This document shows positions 40,280-52,659 of a stretch of 64,000 nucleotides of DNA, in pieces. How positions within the stretch are numbered: the first letter of the stretch is position 1; each line of letters begins with the position of its first letter. A model generated the notes under the pieces. The model ran no database searches, had not been told where the DNA came from, and was given only the letters and a program-made list of their open reading frames with translations. The DNA is from Octopus sinensis (lineage: Eukaryota): the NCBI RefSeq assembly GCF_006345805.1, contig NC_043000.1:18290001-18354000 (forward strand), given 5' to 3'. The position numbers and the translations under genes are program-made.

Positions 40280-40920
40280 GGCATAGGAGTGGCTGTGTGG
40301 TAAGTAGCTTGCTTATAAACCACATGGTTCTGGGTTCAGTCCCACTGCATGGCACCTTGGGCAAGTGTCTTCTCCTATAGCCTTGGGCCGACCAAAGCCT
40401 TGTGAGAGGATTTGGTAGACGGAAACTGTATATATGTATATATATGTATGTGTGTATATATGTTTGTGCGTCTGTGTTTGTCCCCCCAACATCACTTGAC
40501 AACCGATGCTGGTGTGTTTACGTCCCCGTAACTTAGCAGTTCGGTGAAAGGGACCGATAGAATAAGTACTAGGCTTACAAAGAATAAGTCCTGGGGTCGG
40601 AACAAACTGCCGGCATCAGTTATTAGTTGTCGGAGCACTGCATCCTTCAAAACTTCCATGCTTCTGAGATTTGCTAAGACTACACCTGATTTTCTCCCCT
40701 CCATACACATGCAAGCATGTATCTGACTCATACACTGTTCACTTTCCAGACATTTATACATTACTGCATATGCTTTATATGCACTTTTGACAAGTTGTGG
40801 TGCACCTGAGTACTGTATACAATAATTTCATTACTATTATATTTTCATTTGCTCGACTAAAGGCGGTGCTCCAGCATGGCCACAGTCACATGACTGAAAC
40901 AAGTAAAAGAGTTAAAGAGT
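40280..40920 (+). mobile_element. SINE family A interrupted at 40600-40846
   Basis: The tail is split at ggggtcg|atttgctcgact. Confidence 0.85.
40600..40846 (+). mobile_element. 3' end of a CR1/L2-group LINE
   Basis: Reads NKLPASVISCRSTASFKTSM (the WN.LP..V end of ORF2), then a UTR ending tatacaataatttcattactattat. Confidence 0.6.
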
Positions 40921-41525
40921 ATATATCCTTTTCTAAATTCTATTTTTCTAACTCATATTTTGCATACATATAATATCTATATTAAAAAAATTGTACGTAG
41001 ATAAATACCTATATGTGCTAAAGAAAATATATATAATAGGACAATATTGTATTAAAAACTATTCACTAACGACTAAACAAGTAATGTAATTACATTTTCT
41101 TTATGTTAGTGTAAATGTTTCCTAAAATACTATCTAATAAATGATACTTAAATACAGCTGAATAATGATATATTTCAGCATAGACATTTTCATTAGAAAT
41201 TCTGACCTATTATTCAGCTAGTTAACATGTGAATAGTGTAAGTGATTCAATAAATTCTTTCAATAAATATAATAGACAGGATTCCATTTATTATGTAACT
41301 GAACAAGTACTTAACTTAGATATCGATAAAGAAATTCAGAACAGTTTTTTTTTAGTTAGCTTCAGCAATGGAATGTCCTAAGAAAAAAGAATAGATATTT
41401 GTATGTGCATGCTTGTCTGTTCATGTGCGTGTATGTGTGTGTGTGTTCATGTATTTATACACTCACATACACTTATATATATAATATACATACATATATA
41501 TATAAATATTTATTTATATATATAA

Positions 41526-41563
<38 letters not shown>

Positions 41564-41588
41564 TAATATATGTATATATATATATATG

Positions 41589-41630
<42 letters not shown>

Positions 41631-41870
41631 CAGTGACATATGGTGGTTGTTGTAATGGGTGTGCTGCCACACCCAGTTCCACCAAATTTCAAGCAGGGGT
41701 ATAACAAAAGTTTTCCAATAAGATTTGTGATTAAATTAATAAGTAAGGTTAATATTCATAATGAATTTGCCATTTTCGCTGGATGTGCGGTGCATACCTA
41801 GCACACCCAAAATATATACCCTGATACATACATACATACATACATACATACATACATACATGCATACATA

Positions 41871-41931
<61 letters not shown>

Positions 41932-42880
41932 TGAGATGCAGGCATGATTGTGCGATTTGTGTTCTTTTATACACACAAGTCACACAACGATGCAATGCCT
42001 TAGTGAAATATTAAAACACACACACACTCACATATATATGTGTATATGTATATATATGTGTATATAAATATATATATATTTGTGTGTGTGTGTATGTGCG
42101 TGTGTGTCTGTATGCATGTATGTATGTATGTATATATGGCATAGTGACACTATTTGAAAGCTGCAACAATCCAAAGAAGTGCATTGTGATCAATGGTGTA
42201 TAACAGCATCAAATAGTCTTGTCAGTTCAGTGACACACAACACACACACTCACATTCACACATACATCTTTATATCATTAAGCAATATATTACTGATTAT
42301 GACAAAACTGATCAGGATGTTACCATTAGTTTCATCATACAATATTACCACAAGACAACACTGGTTTCAAATTTTGGCACAAGACCAGAAATTTCGAAAA
42401 AGAGGGTAAATTGTTCAACTGGTACTACTTTATCTACTACGAAAAGATGAAAGGTACAACTGACCTTGGCAAAATTTGAACTCAGAATGTGAAGAATGAC
42501 AAAATGCCGCTGTGCATTCTGCCAGCTAGCTACTTTTCCACTTGACAATATTGACATCTCTTCAGACATGCTGGCTAGGAGCAGGTCTGAAGAGACAGTA
42601 ATACTGTCTGTGACAATATTTGATGTTACAAAACAAATTATCAACATCCTGATCACTATATGCCATAAACAATAATATATTGTTTGATAAATAGGCGTAG
42701 GAGTGGCTGTGTGGTAAGTAGCTTGTTTATGAACTAAATTTATTGACCATGAAAGAATGAAAGGCAAAGTCGACCTCAGCAGAATTTGAACACAAAATGT
42801 AAAGACAGATGAAATACTGCTAAGGATTTTGCCTAGCAGGCAATATATATATATATATATAATGCTACCATATATTATAT

Positions 42881-42927
<47 letters not shown>

Positions 42928-42968
42928 ATATATATATACATATTATACATATATACATATATATATAT

Positions 42969-43033
<65 letters not shown>

Positions 43034-43039
43034 TATAAC

Positions 43040-43420
43040 ATTATGGTGAATTGAAGAAATGGAGCTGAACGCAGATTGAACAGAAATCGTTTTATTTCAT
43101 TCTACACGTGTTTCGAAAGGCACAAATTACCAAAATCCGATGAATAATGGGACCATATTGTGTCTTTCTCAGGAAGAAAAAAGGAAATCCGTTGGAAAAA
43201 CAAAAACAGAACAGAGGCGGAGCAAAAAACAAATCGAACTGTGCTCCTAAGAGCCCATGGCGAAACTGTTTTCAATTCACCAATAATGTTTTAATTTCAA
43301 TTATCCGCACCAACGCACGTTTGCAACGCCAGATGGTTGTACCTCCAACCGTGCTGTTACTGCTGTGATTTTTGCTACTAAGGTATCGGTTAAACTTTTG
43401 ATTAATCTATACAAGATTAT
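43040..43420 (-). mobile_element. PLE terminal-repeat-like fragment next to (TA)n
   Basis: Contains the HHR motif at 43100-43175; its end motif is shared with the segments at 39406 and 59637. Confidence 0.5.
43100..43175 (-). ncRNA. Degenerate minimal type I hammerhead ribozyme
   Basis: ttc CTGA gaaagacacaa (loop) ttgtgcctttc GAAA CACGTG T A gaa. Palindromic stem III; the CUGANGA box lacks 3 nt or has G8 changed to A. Confidence 0.55.
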
Positions 43421-43434
43421 TCATCTTTCTATTT

Positions 43435-43493
<59 letters not shown>

Positions 43494-43829
43494 CGACAGT
43501 GCATCAGCATGGCTGCAGCTCTGAGCCGAAATAAAGATATATGTATATATATATATATGGACGCTAAACGATGATGATGATGATGATGATGATGATGATA
43601 TACATACATACACATCTATATATTTTGATAAATGAATTTTCTTGCATATTTTTCATGAAGTAATAAAAAATAATCTAATAATCTTAAAAGCAAAACAAAA
43701 AACAAACGAACAGACAAATGAATAACTAACTGTATTAGAAAGATAGTGAATAGCATCTTCAGACTACATTAATAAAGAAATATAGTAAGTTGGAATGCTT
43801 AAATATACATCAGAAATTATTTCGTTGAT

Positions 43830-45330
43830 AGACACACATGAATCTGGACCATACATTTTAAATTTAGTTTTGCAAGATATTTAATCAGTGAGAGCTGAAG
43901 TGGATATACAGAAAAGTCTATTTCTTCAAGAGTAAAACTGCTGGAACACCTGCAGATAAATACAGGCTCAAATCCTGAAGTGATCCTCAGATGAAAGATC
44001 TTGAGAATTTTAAATATGATTTCATTAACATGGAAAAAGAAATGGATATGATTTTGGCATGGTACCAATTTTTTTCCTAAAAACTTTTTATTTAAAAAGA
44101 AAAAAGCAGCATACATTTTTATGCAGATAAAACAAAAAATATTAATTAGACACCACAATGCACAATTGGTCTCTAATGAACAATATTACCAATATTTACA
44201 AAAAAAAAATATAATCAGCCCTCAACATTCAATTCCATACAGGATTAAAGTAAAAGAAATAGTGACTTTGTTAAAAGGTAGATGGCATGGACTACCTTAC
44301 CATGAAACCCCCCTCACTATTACCCTTAAGGACTATATTTCTAATTTCGTCTGCAACCCCAAATACAAACCAATGAAACCTCACCCACAGTAAATTAAAC
44401 ATAGTTAGCAAGTATATTCTTGATGCCATTAATCTTAGAATTAGAAGTGCTATGATGCTAGAGTAACAGAATTGCACCTCTGCTGTTATCAATTGGTTCC
44501 ATGTCATTAAAAATGAAAGCTGCTTGCAAATTCTTCCAATTTGATAGTGTGGATTTTTATCCACTGTTTGAAAGCTCTTGACTTCAGGAAACAATATACC
44601 ATGCTCAAAGACCTCAGTATTAAAAGAGTAATGAATACCAGAAAGTTATTTTCATATTATAACCATACCTAATGGATCACAAAAGAGGAAGAGAACTACT
44701 TTTTGGCATCCTTATTGGAATTTATCCATTAATCCTTGACACTGTCAGAAAGCAAACCTCCTCTATCACACCTCATATTTGTACAGAGATGATGGTTTGA
44801 CAGTCTTACACATGACCACATCATAAGTAAATTCTGAAAGAACCCAAAAGGCGTATAGAGTTTGGTGAAAATATTATTATTTCCAACAGCCTAACCATAG
44901 CAAATTTCCTAGATTTTAAAACAGATAAGCACCATCTTATAGAAAAACAAATTAAGGGACAGTATATATCTATAAGAATTCCATTTATCTCCAGTTATGA
45001 TAAGGAATCTAATGGCTGGTACAAGCAAAAGATTCCCTGATTTATCCTCAGGCAGGCAAATTTTCCAAGGGTAGCAAGCAGTCTCCTACTTCAGTGAACT
45101 CTTAGCCAGGAATGACTTCAGTAAGAAGTTAGTTTATGCAGAGAACCTTTCATTCCACCAAACCCAAAGAGAGTCAGGAGATAAAAAGAAATATAGTTTG
45201 ACTCTTCTTCCACAATCTAGACAAGGCAAATATTGCTTGGAACTTTCCATCACTCTCAAGGTACCATTTTCTGATGACACAAATACCTCAAAATCTTCTG
45301 CAAACATATCTCCACAGTGTCTGCCTCTAA
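43830..45330 (+). pseudogene. Penelope-like element reverse transcriptase pseudogene
   Basis: Across stops and frameshifts: TITLKDYISNFVCNPKYKPMKP (ITLKDHK.NF..NPKCRLINP), SKYILDAIN..NCTSAVINWF..KFFQFDSVDFYP (FDI.DFYP), LYRDDGL at 44780-44800, IANFLDF, KRFPDLSS, IKRNIV*. Confidence 0.85.
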
Positions 45331-45570
45331 GTCACCTACATGTAATTGCTGAAATCAAATAAACGGCTCATTGGGGTGGTCTGTTTTCCCCTCCAAATAT
45401 GGAATACAGAACTACATTCTCTCAACCAGATGGTATGCAAAAAAAAAAAAAACATACATGGGACTTATTACCAATGATATTCACGAGCAGTATAAACAAC
45501 ACTGAATTTGTTTAAGTCTACAGGTAGAATAATCTCCAATTTTTTAATCTTATTTTATTTTGAAGCTTAA

Positions 45571-45791
45571 CCCTTTCATTACCAACCCGACCAAAACCAG
45601 CTCTGGCTCTGTAGTACAAATGTCTTGTTTTCATAAGTTTTGCATTAAAATCTTCCACCAAACCTTAGTCACAATTTATGGTCCTAACACTAGCTAAATG
45701 ATAACTAAGTTAATTTACTAAATTCTTTGTTATATCCAAAGTAATTAAAAGAAACACAGAGCATCTCAAAATAAATACAGTAACAAAAGGG
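45571..45791. mobile_element. piggyBac-type MITE
   Basis: ttaa|ccctttcattac ... gtaacaaaaggg|ttaa; TTAA TSD and 12-bp imperfect TIRs. Confidence 0.75.
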
Positions 45792-46022
45792 TTAAAGACA
45801 TGAAGCATAATTTTTCAGCTACATCTTGGACTGCTTCTGATAAAATCCCTCTATATTCCAGCTGTTTATGTAATTTCAGTCGTTGCTTTTCTGAAAACTG
45901 CATATTCTATTCTGAAGTGGTCCATGGTATCTCACAAAAAGAAACACATGATAATTTACATTGCTGTTACAGATGAGCATTTCTCTTCGATCAATTTCAT
46001 CCTAACAAACACTGAAAACACT

Positions 46023-46407
46023 GGAAGCACTCCGTCGGTTACGACGATGAGGGTTCCAGTTGATCCGAATCAACGGAACAGCCTGCTCATGAAATTAACG
46101 TGTAAGTGGCTGAGCACTCCACAGACACGTGTACCCTTAACGTAGTTCTCGGGGATATTCAGCGTGACACAGAGAGTGACAAGGCCAGCCCCTTGAAATA
46201 CAGGTACAACAGAAACAGGAAGTAAGAGTGAGAGAAAGTTGTGGTGAAAGAGTACAGCAGGGATCACCACCATCCCCTGCCGGAGCCTCGTGGAGCTTTT
46301 TTAGGTGTTTTCGCTCAATAAACACTCACAACGCCCGGTCTGGGAATCGAAACCGCGATCCTACGACCGCGAGTCCGCTGCCCTAACCACTGGGCCATTG
46401 CACCTCC
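46023..46407 (-). mobile_element. SINE family C with 14-bp TSD
   Basis: TSD acactgaaaacact at 46009-46022 and 46408-46421. Confidence 0.92.
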
Positions 46408-46760
46408 ACACTGAAAACACTATCAAGAGGACAAAGCCTTATTTTCACTGTGTTGCTTTCCTACTAGCATGTTACATTCTCATAGTCATTTGCAATACCT
46501 CACACAAGCAGTCACTGACACTTGTCACCATACCAATGACTAATAAATCTCTGCACTTCAACACTAATGTCCTTATAAATAAAGGACATTTGATGTATTG
46601 GACACATGTTTTAATGTGCACGAAATTCTAAGTAATGAGCATAAGTGACCAACTGCGCACAAATATATTTCTACTTGATGTAATAAGTGCTCTTCTTTTT
46701 TGCTTGTATACAAGCACACACATACACCATGCACAAATGTATATGTATCTCTCATCTTTC

Positions 46761-46792
<32 letters not shown>

Positions 46793-46807
46793 CACACACT
46801 CATATTT

Positions 46808-47330
46808 ATATCATCATCATCATCATCATCATCATCGTTTAACGTCCGTTTTCCGTGCTAGCACGGGTTGGACGGTTCGACCGGGGTCTGGGAAGCCAGG
46901 GGCTGCACCAGGCTCCGGTCTTATCTGGCAATGTTTCTACAGCTGGATGCCCTTCCTAACGCCAACCACTCCGCGAGTGTAGTGGATGCTTTTTACGTGC
47001 CACTTGCACAGGTGCCAGGGGGGCCCGGCATAGGCCACGATAGTTGGAGCTTTTAACGGAAGCCAGCCAAGGCAGTGCTGGCAACGGCCACGTTTGGATG
47101 GTGCTTTTTATGTGTCACCGGCACAGAAGCCAGTCGAGGCAGTGCTGGCAACGGCCACGTACGGTTGGTGCTTTTTATGTGCCACCGGCACAGGTATCAC
47201 AACTACTATTTCCATTGATATTTATTTTGATGTTCATGTTCATGTTCATGTACTTGACTCAACAGGTCTCCTCAAGCACAGCGGGACGTTCTGGGATCCA
47301 GGGTACTTTGAATGGGCAGGGGGCTATATA
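46808..47330 (-). mobile_element. SINE-like family D with internal repeats
   Basis: (cat)n tail, ggatgcccttcctaacgccaacc block, and repeated gtgctggcaacggccacg..ggtgctttttatgtg. Confidence 0.8.
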
Positions 47331-47427
47331 TATGTATATATATACACATCAAAATGTAACCACATTTGGATGGTTGGCAATTCTTTTCTTCTGTCTTCCT
47401 TTTCTCTTGGACTTTCCCTCTGTCTCC

Positions 47428-47464
47428 TGTTTCTGATGAAGAGCTTCTGCTCAAAACGTAAAAA
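47428..47464 (+). ncRNA. Degenerate minimal type I hammerhead ribozyme
   Basis: ttt CTGATGA A GAGC ttct GCTC aAAA CG T A aaa. G12 reads A, consistent with CpG decay of cgaaacgt. Confidence 0.55.
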
Positions 47465-47587
47465 CTACCTTTCTTTCCTTCCCTGAGCATCTGCTAATAC
47501 TTTGCATGTACCACGTCCTCGCATTGTTGTTTTTTCTTGTGTTTGTTCTTCATTTTTGGGGGATTTACTATATATATATATATATAT

Positions 47588-48010
47588 ATCATCATCATCA
47601 TCATCATCGATTAACGTCCGTTCTCCATGCCAGCATGGGTTGGACGGTTCGACCGGGGATCTGGGAAGCCAGAAGGCTGCACCAGACTCCAGTCTTATCT
47701 GGCAATGTTTCTACAGCTGGATGCCCTTCCTAACGCCAACCACTCCGTGAGTGTAGTGGGTGCTTTTTACATGCCACCCGCACAGGTGCCAGGCGAGGCT
47801 GGCAACGGCCACGGTCGGATTGGTGCCAGTCGAGGCGGCTCTGGCATCGGCCACGATTCGGATAGTGCTTTTTACGTACCACCAGTCCAGGGGTCCTGGC
47901 ATTTGCCGGGTGCCACACTTGCCCCAACATGTCTTCGCAAGCAAAGGGGGTTGGCATGGGTGCCTGTCGTGGGATGAGGTTCGATATCAACTTCGCTTGC
48001 CACAACAGGT
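47588..48010 (-). mobile_element. SINE-like family D
   Basis: Same tail and body as 46808-47330. Confidence 0.8.
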
Positions 48011-48177
48011 CTTTGTGTATAAATGTATAAATTTTTCGCACTAAATTCTTTCTGTAGAATTTATCAAAAAACGCGCAAAATTATTCCGTAGAATTTATCA
48101 AATTAAAAAACGCAAAATCAATATATTTTTTGAAATTGCAAATTATTTAGAATATAAAACAAATGAAGTTAAATTTT

Positions 48178-48430
48178 ACTATAGCCTTGGGCTGACCAAA
48201 GCCTTGTGAGTGGATTTGGTAGACAGAAACTGAAAGAAGCCCGTCATATATATGTATATATATATATGTATGTGTGTGTGTTTGTGTGCCTGTGTTTGTC
48301 CCCCTAGCATTGCTTGATAACCGATGGTGGTGTGTTTATGTCCCCGTTACTTAATAAGTCCCGGGGTCGAGTTGCTCGATTAAAGGCGGTGCTCCAGCAT
48401 GGCCACAGTCAAATGACTGAAACAAGTAAA
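48178..48430 (+). mobile_element. SINE family A, 5'-truncated
   Basis: Starts at tactatagccttgggctgacc; internal deletion; tail present. Confidence 0.75.
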
Positions 48431-49044
48431 AAAAAAAAAGAGAAAATATATATATATATATACATACACAGACACACACAGATGAAAGAGCAGTCACAGA
48501 AGTAAGAAAAACATTCCCAATCATTCTATTTCTGAGTAACAAAGATTTCAAAAGCTTCTAGACAAGGGTGGTTGTCATTGAGTAATGAACAAGGTTTCCT
48601 CTTATTGGTTGGTTCAGGTTTTGTGGTGTGATTTGTAGCTGTTGATTGGTAATGACTGTTAACAGATGTTCACTGATATTGACTGCTGAATGCTACTTAG
48701 TAGGATTGCTGTACATTGAAAGCTAGGTGGGATTGGTCGCTGGCCACTAATGGAGAAGCATACAAAAGTAGTCTTCCTTGTTCTGGTAAGAGATTCTAGT
48801 ATTAAGAGTAAAGTTTTAGGAAAAATATGGAATGTTTATTCAAGTGTCAGTAAAGGTTTTTGGAAAATATTTACAGTTAAAAACATGCAATTAATCCTGT
48901 AGTTGGAAAATAGCTCATATTTCATGTAATGAAAAGTAGTAGAGGCTTGGTATATGTGAAGTACAAACCTATGAGATAGTATTAATAGCTAGTGTTAATA
49001 CTTGTGCTTAGGTAGTGGGTAGTGATTTTCTTCACTACTTCAGG

Positions 49045-49430
49045 GAGTGACGACCCTGCCTGACATGAGTCCCAGGCTCAGTTGGCTCTGGCTGACAGTA
49101 CCCGGTATGGACACCTATCCAGTGTTACGGAAAGGAGACAACCTTCAAAAAAATCCAGAGTGGAGCCCTGTAGGCAGTTTAGTGTTCGACTTGACACTCT
49201 TCCGGCAGCTCCTGCAACCAAGCTGGTGCCAAACGAAAAGCTCTGCACTTCTTTGGACTAAGTCAGCAAGGTCGAGAGAGGAATCCTGACGATTGGGCTA
49301 CCCAGGATTTTCTTACATCTAGCCCAGTCCTGCATAAAACTGGAGAGGACATGAAATGTAAAAACCAGACTGGATTAGTTTAAGTGCAACTCCATTGTCT
49401 CCCGAAACAAAAGGATGCCAACAACAACAA
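49045..49430 (+). mobile_element. Unclassified retroposon-like segment, possibly RTE-derived
   Basis: GC-richer island starting gggagtgacgaccctg and ending in (caa)n; no recognisable ORF. Confidence 0.3.
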
Positions 49431-49787
49431 TACTTGCTTAGCAAAAGTAGAGCTCAGTTTTCTCATTAAGGGCTCCATCTGGCCATTACAATATGTGCAT
49501 TTCTCACTAAGACCAAAATAACAACTGTGTGTCCTAGTTGAATGGGTGCTTGCTTTTTAGAAAGCTCTAGGTTATACTGAGAAGCACAGTTGTGTGAATC
49601 AGGGGTCTCTAGAGAAAGTTGAACAGGGATGTAGAGTGTATCCTTGAAATTGCCAAACCATTATTCCCATGCAAACCTAGGCTGTGGGATGTGACAATTG
49701 TACAATGAAGTTCCAAACCAGTTGGCCATTCTGTGTCACACATACACACATGTGTATGTTATGAGCAGAGACAAAATAAGAGAGAGG

Positions 49788-49834
<47 letters not shown>

Positions 49835-50021
49835 GAGGTTACTTTCTAGGTGCAATTTTATTGTCGTTCATGATCAAAAGGGGTCTTTACCCTTTACCCT
49901 AGTATTCTCCTAAAGAGATGCCCTGACTAAGACCAGGGATCTTTTATTTCCAGTGGGCTAACTCTGCCTTCAGACACCAACCTGAGTATTTCTATGTTCC
50001 AGTGCATGCATACATACAAAC

Positions 50022-50085
<64 letters not shown>

Positions 50086-50437
50086 TCACACTTGCACATA
50101 CACATGCCTTTTTTTTGTGTCTCACAGGATTCTTGATATGAAACTTTCAAACAAACGTTGTGCTAATGAAAACACACAACTGGTTGTAGATTGCATTATT
50201 AGTGTTAATTAATTAACTAATTAATTAACTAATTGATTAATTAATTAATTATTGATTCATTGATTTGTTAGCCATGATATTTACCAACGTGGCTTGCCAT
50301 ATTTACAAAAAAAATACCAAATTACATAAAAAAAGAATTTTATATTATAAGTGGTGGGTGTAACTGTGAATCTATGAGTCTATATGAATGTAAATGTGTG
50401 TGTGTGTGTGTGTATGTGTGTGTGTGTGCGTGCGTGC

Positions 50438-50473
<36 letters not shown>

Positions 50474-50776
50474 ATCTAATGCCCATATCAATGAAAACAG
50501 CTTTCACCATTCAGGGGTTAATGATACTGTCATATTTTTATGTGTATTACCAGGTGGCCTGTACATTATCTTATACACACCCTATTAAGTCACAGCAGGG
50601 AAAAATACTTGAGATAAGACATAGGTTTAGCTGTGTAGTAAGAAGTTTGCTTCCTGATCACATGGATCTGAATTCAGTTCAACTGTGTGTTACCTTGAAG
50701 AAGTGTCTTCTACTATAGCCTCGGGCTGACAGAAGCCTTGTGATTGGATTCAGTAGATAGAAACTGAAAGAAACCC

Positions 50777-50810
<34 letters not shown>

Positions 50811-50973
50811 GGCGCAGGAGTGGCTGTGTGGTAAGTAGCTTGTTTACCAACCACATGGTTCCGGGTTCAGTCCCACTGCGTGGCACCTTGGGCAAGTGTC
50901 TTCTACTATAGCTTCGGGTCGACCAAAGCCTTGTGAGTGGATTTGGTAGACAGAAACTGAAAGAAGCCCGTCG

Positions 50974-51054
<81 letters not shown>

Positions 51055-51064
51055 TATATACGTA

Positions 51065-51141
<77 letters not shown>

Positions 51142-51370
51142 GCATGTGTGTGTGTTTGTGTGTCTGTGTTTGTCCCCCTAGCATTACTTGACAACCGATA
51201 CTGGTGTGTTTATGTCCCCGTTACTTAGCGGTTCGGCAAAAGAGACTGATAGAATAAGTACTGGGCTTACAAAAGAATAAGTCCCGGGGTCGAGTTGCTC
51301 GATTAAAGGTGGTGCTCCAGCATGGCCGCAGTCAAATGACTGAAACAAGTAAAAGAGTAAGAGTAAAGAG
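50811..51370 (+). mobile_element. SINE family A with ~170-bp internal (TA)n
   Basis: Full-length copy, preceded by (TA)n. Confidence 0.9.
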
Positions 51371-51630
51371 TATATATATATACTCATTCAGATACATATA
51401 TATATTATCTACATATACGTGTCTTTGTGTCTGTTTGTCTTCCACCACTGATTGAAAACTGGTGTTGGTTTGTTTATGACCCAATAACTTAGTTGTTTGG
51501 TAAAAAGAGACTCATAAAATATGTACCAGGTTTTAGAAAAAGTACTGGGTAATGCAGTTCTATATTTAAGAGATGAGGAATTATTTACATTATTTACATT
51601 ATTTACATTTGATGGATATTCTTTGTTGTT

Positions 51631-51676
51631 AATGCAACATTTCGGCTGATATACCCTCCAGCCTTCATCAGGTGTC
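51631..51676 (-). ncRNA. Minimal type I hammerhead ribozyme (mutated copy)
   Basis: gacac CTGATGA aggctg gagggtatat cagcc GAAA tgtt gcatt. Confidence 0.6.
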
Positions 51677-51758
51677 TTGGGGAAATTTCGAACCTGGTTT
51701 CTCATTCCTCTGGTATTTTTTGATGTTGTTTTTGTTGTTGTTGTTGGTGGTGGTGTTG

Positions 51759-51798
<40 letters not shown>

Positions 51799-52029
51799 TA
51801 TTTTTATTATTGTTCAGGTCACTGCTTGGAATCAAACTCAGAATCTTGGGGTTAGTAGCTCGTGCTCTTAACCACTACACCATATGCATATGGCGTAGTG
51901 GTTAAGTGCACGGCTACTAGCCCCAAGATTCCAAGTTTGATTCCAGGCAGTGACCTGAATAACAGCAACAACAATAATAACATCAAAAAATATCTTAGGA
52001 ATGAGAACCCAGGTTTGAAATTTCCCCAA

Positions 52030-52072
52030 GACACCTGATGAAGGCTGGAGGGTATATCAGCCGAAACGTGTT
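52030..52072 (+). ncRNA. Minimal type I hammerhead ribozyme (3-nt deletion near the cleavage site)
   Basis: gacac CTGATGA aggctg gagggtatat cagcc GAAAC gtgtt. The two copies together imply GAAACGUU^GUGUU. Confidence 0.65.
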
Positions 52073-52394
52073 AATGACAAACAAGATGAGGGCAAATATC
52101 CGTCAAATGTAAACAATGTAAAAAGTATTGGGGTCAATTCATCTGACTAAAAGTTCTTCAATATGGTGCTCCAGCATGGCCACAGTCTAATGACTAAAAT
52201 AGATTCAAAGATAATAACAAGAGAGTCTGTATGGAGACATTTTACTTGCTATAAATAGCAACTAAATCACCCTCGTATACCATCCTATTGTTTTAACGAA
52301 GGATACAATGTGGTCCATTTGTAAAGAAATAACTGGCATGATCATAGAGCAACACCTTTGATCAGGATTGATCTGAGATCCAAACAACTTTAAT

Positions 52395-52607
52395 AATATC
52401 TACCCTACATGCGTAAGTGAAAGCAGGGTATTGTTATCACTCGTCTTTGTCTGTTTGTCTGTGTGTTTGCAAAATTACTGGAAAACGGCTAAATGGATTT
52501 TCACCAAATTTGGCAGAAATACTCATTGGGTGAGTGGCTCGAAATAAGGAAAATTTGGTTTGATTATCTTTAAACATATATAAATAAATACATAGATATA
52601 GTCGACT

Positions 52608-52659
<52 letters not shown>

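Larger units (their letters stand above)
51550..52120. mobile_element. Head-to-head inverted dimer of a tRNA-headed, hammerhead-tailed SINE-like element
   Basis: Centre ccatatgcatatgg at 51880-51893. Each arm has ggcgtagtggttaag..gtttgattcc, then (AAT/AAC)n, then gacacCTGATGAaggctg..cagccGAAA. Flanked by aaaagta(c/t)tggg at 51538-51549 and 52121-52132. Confidence 0.85.
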
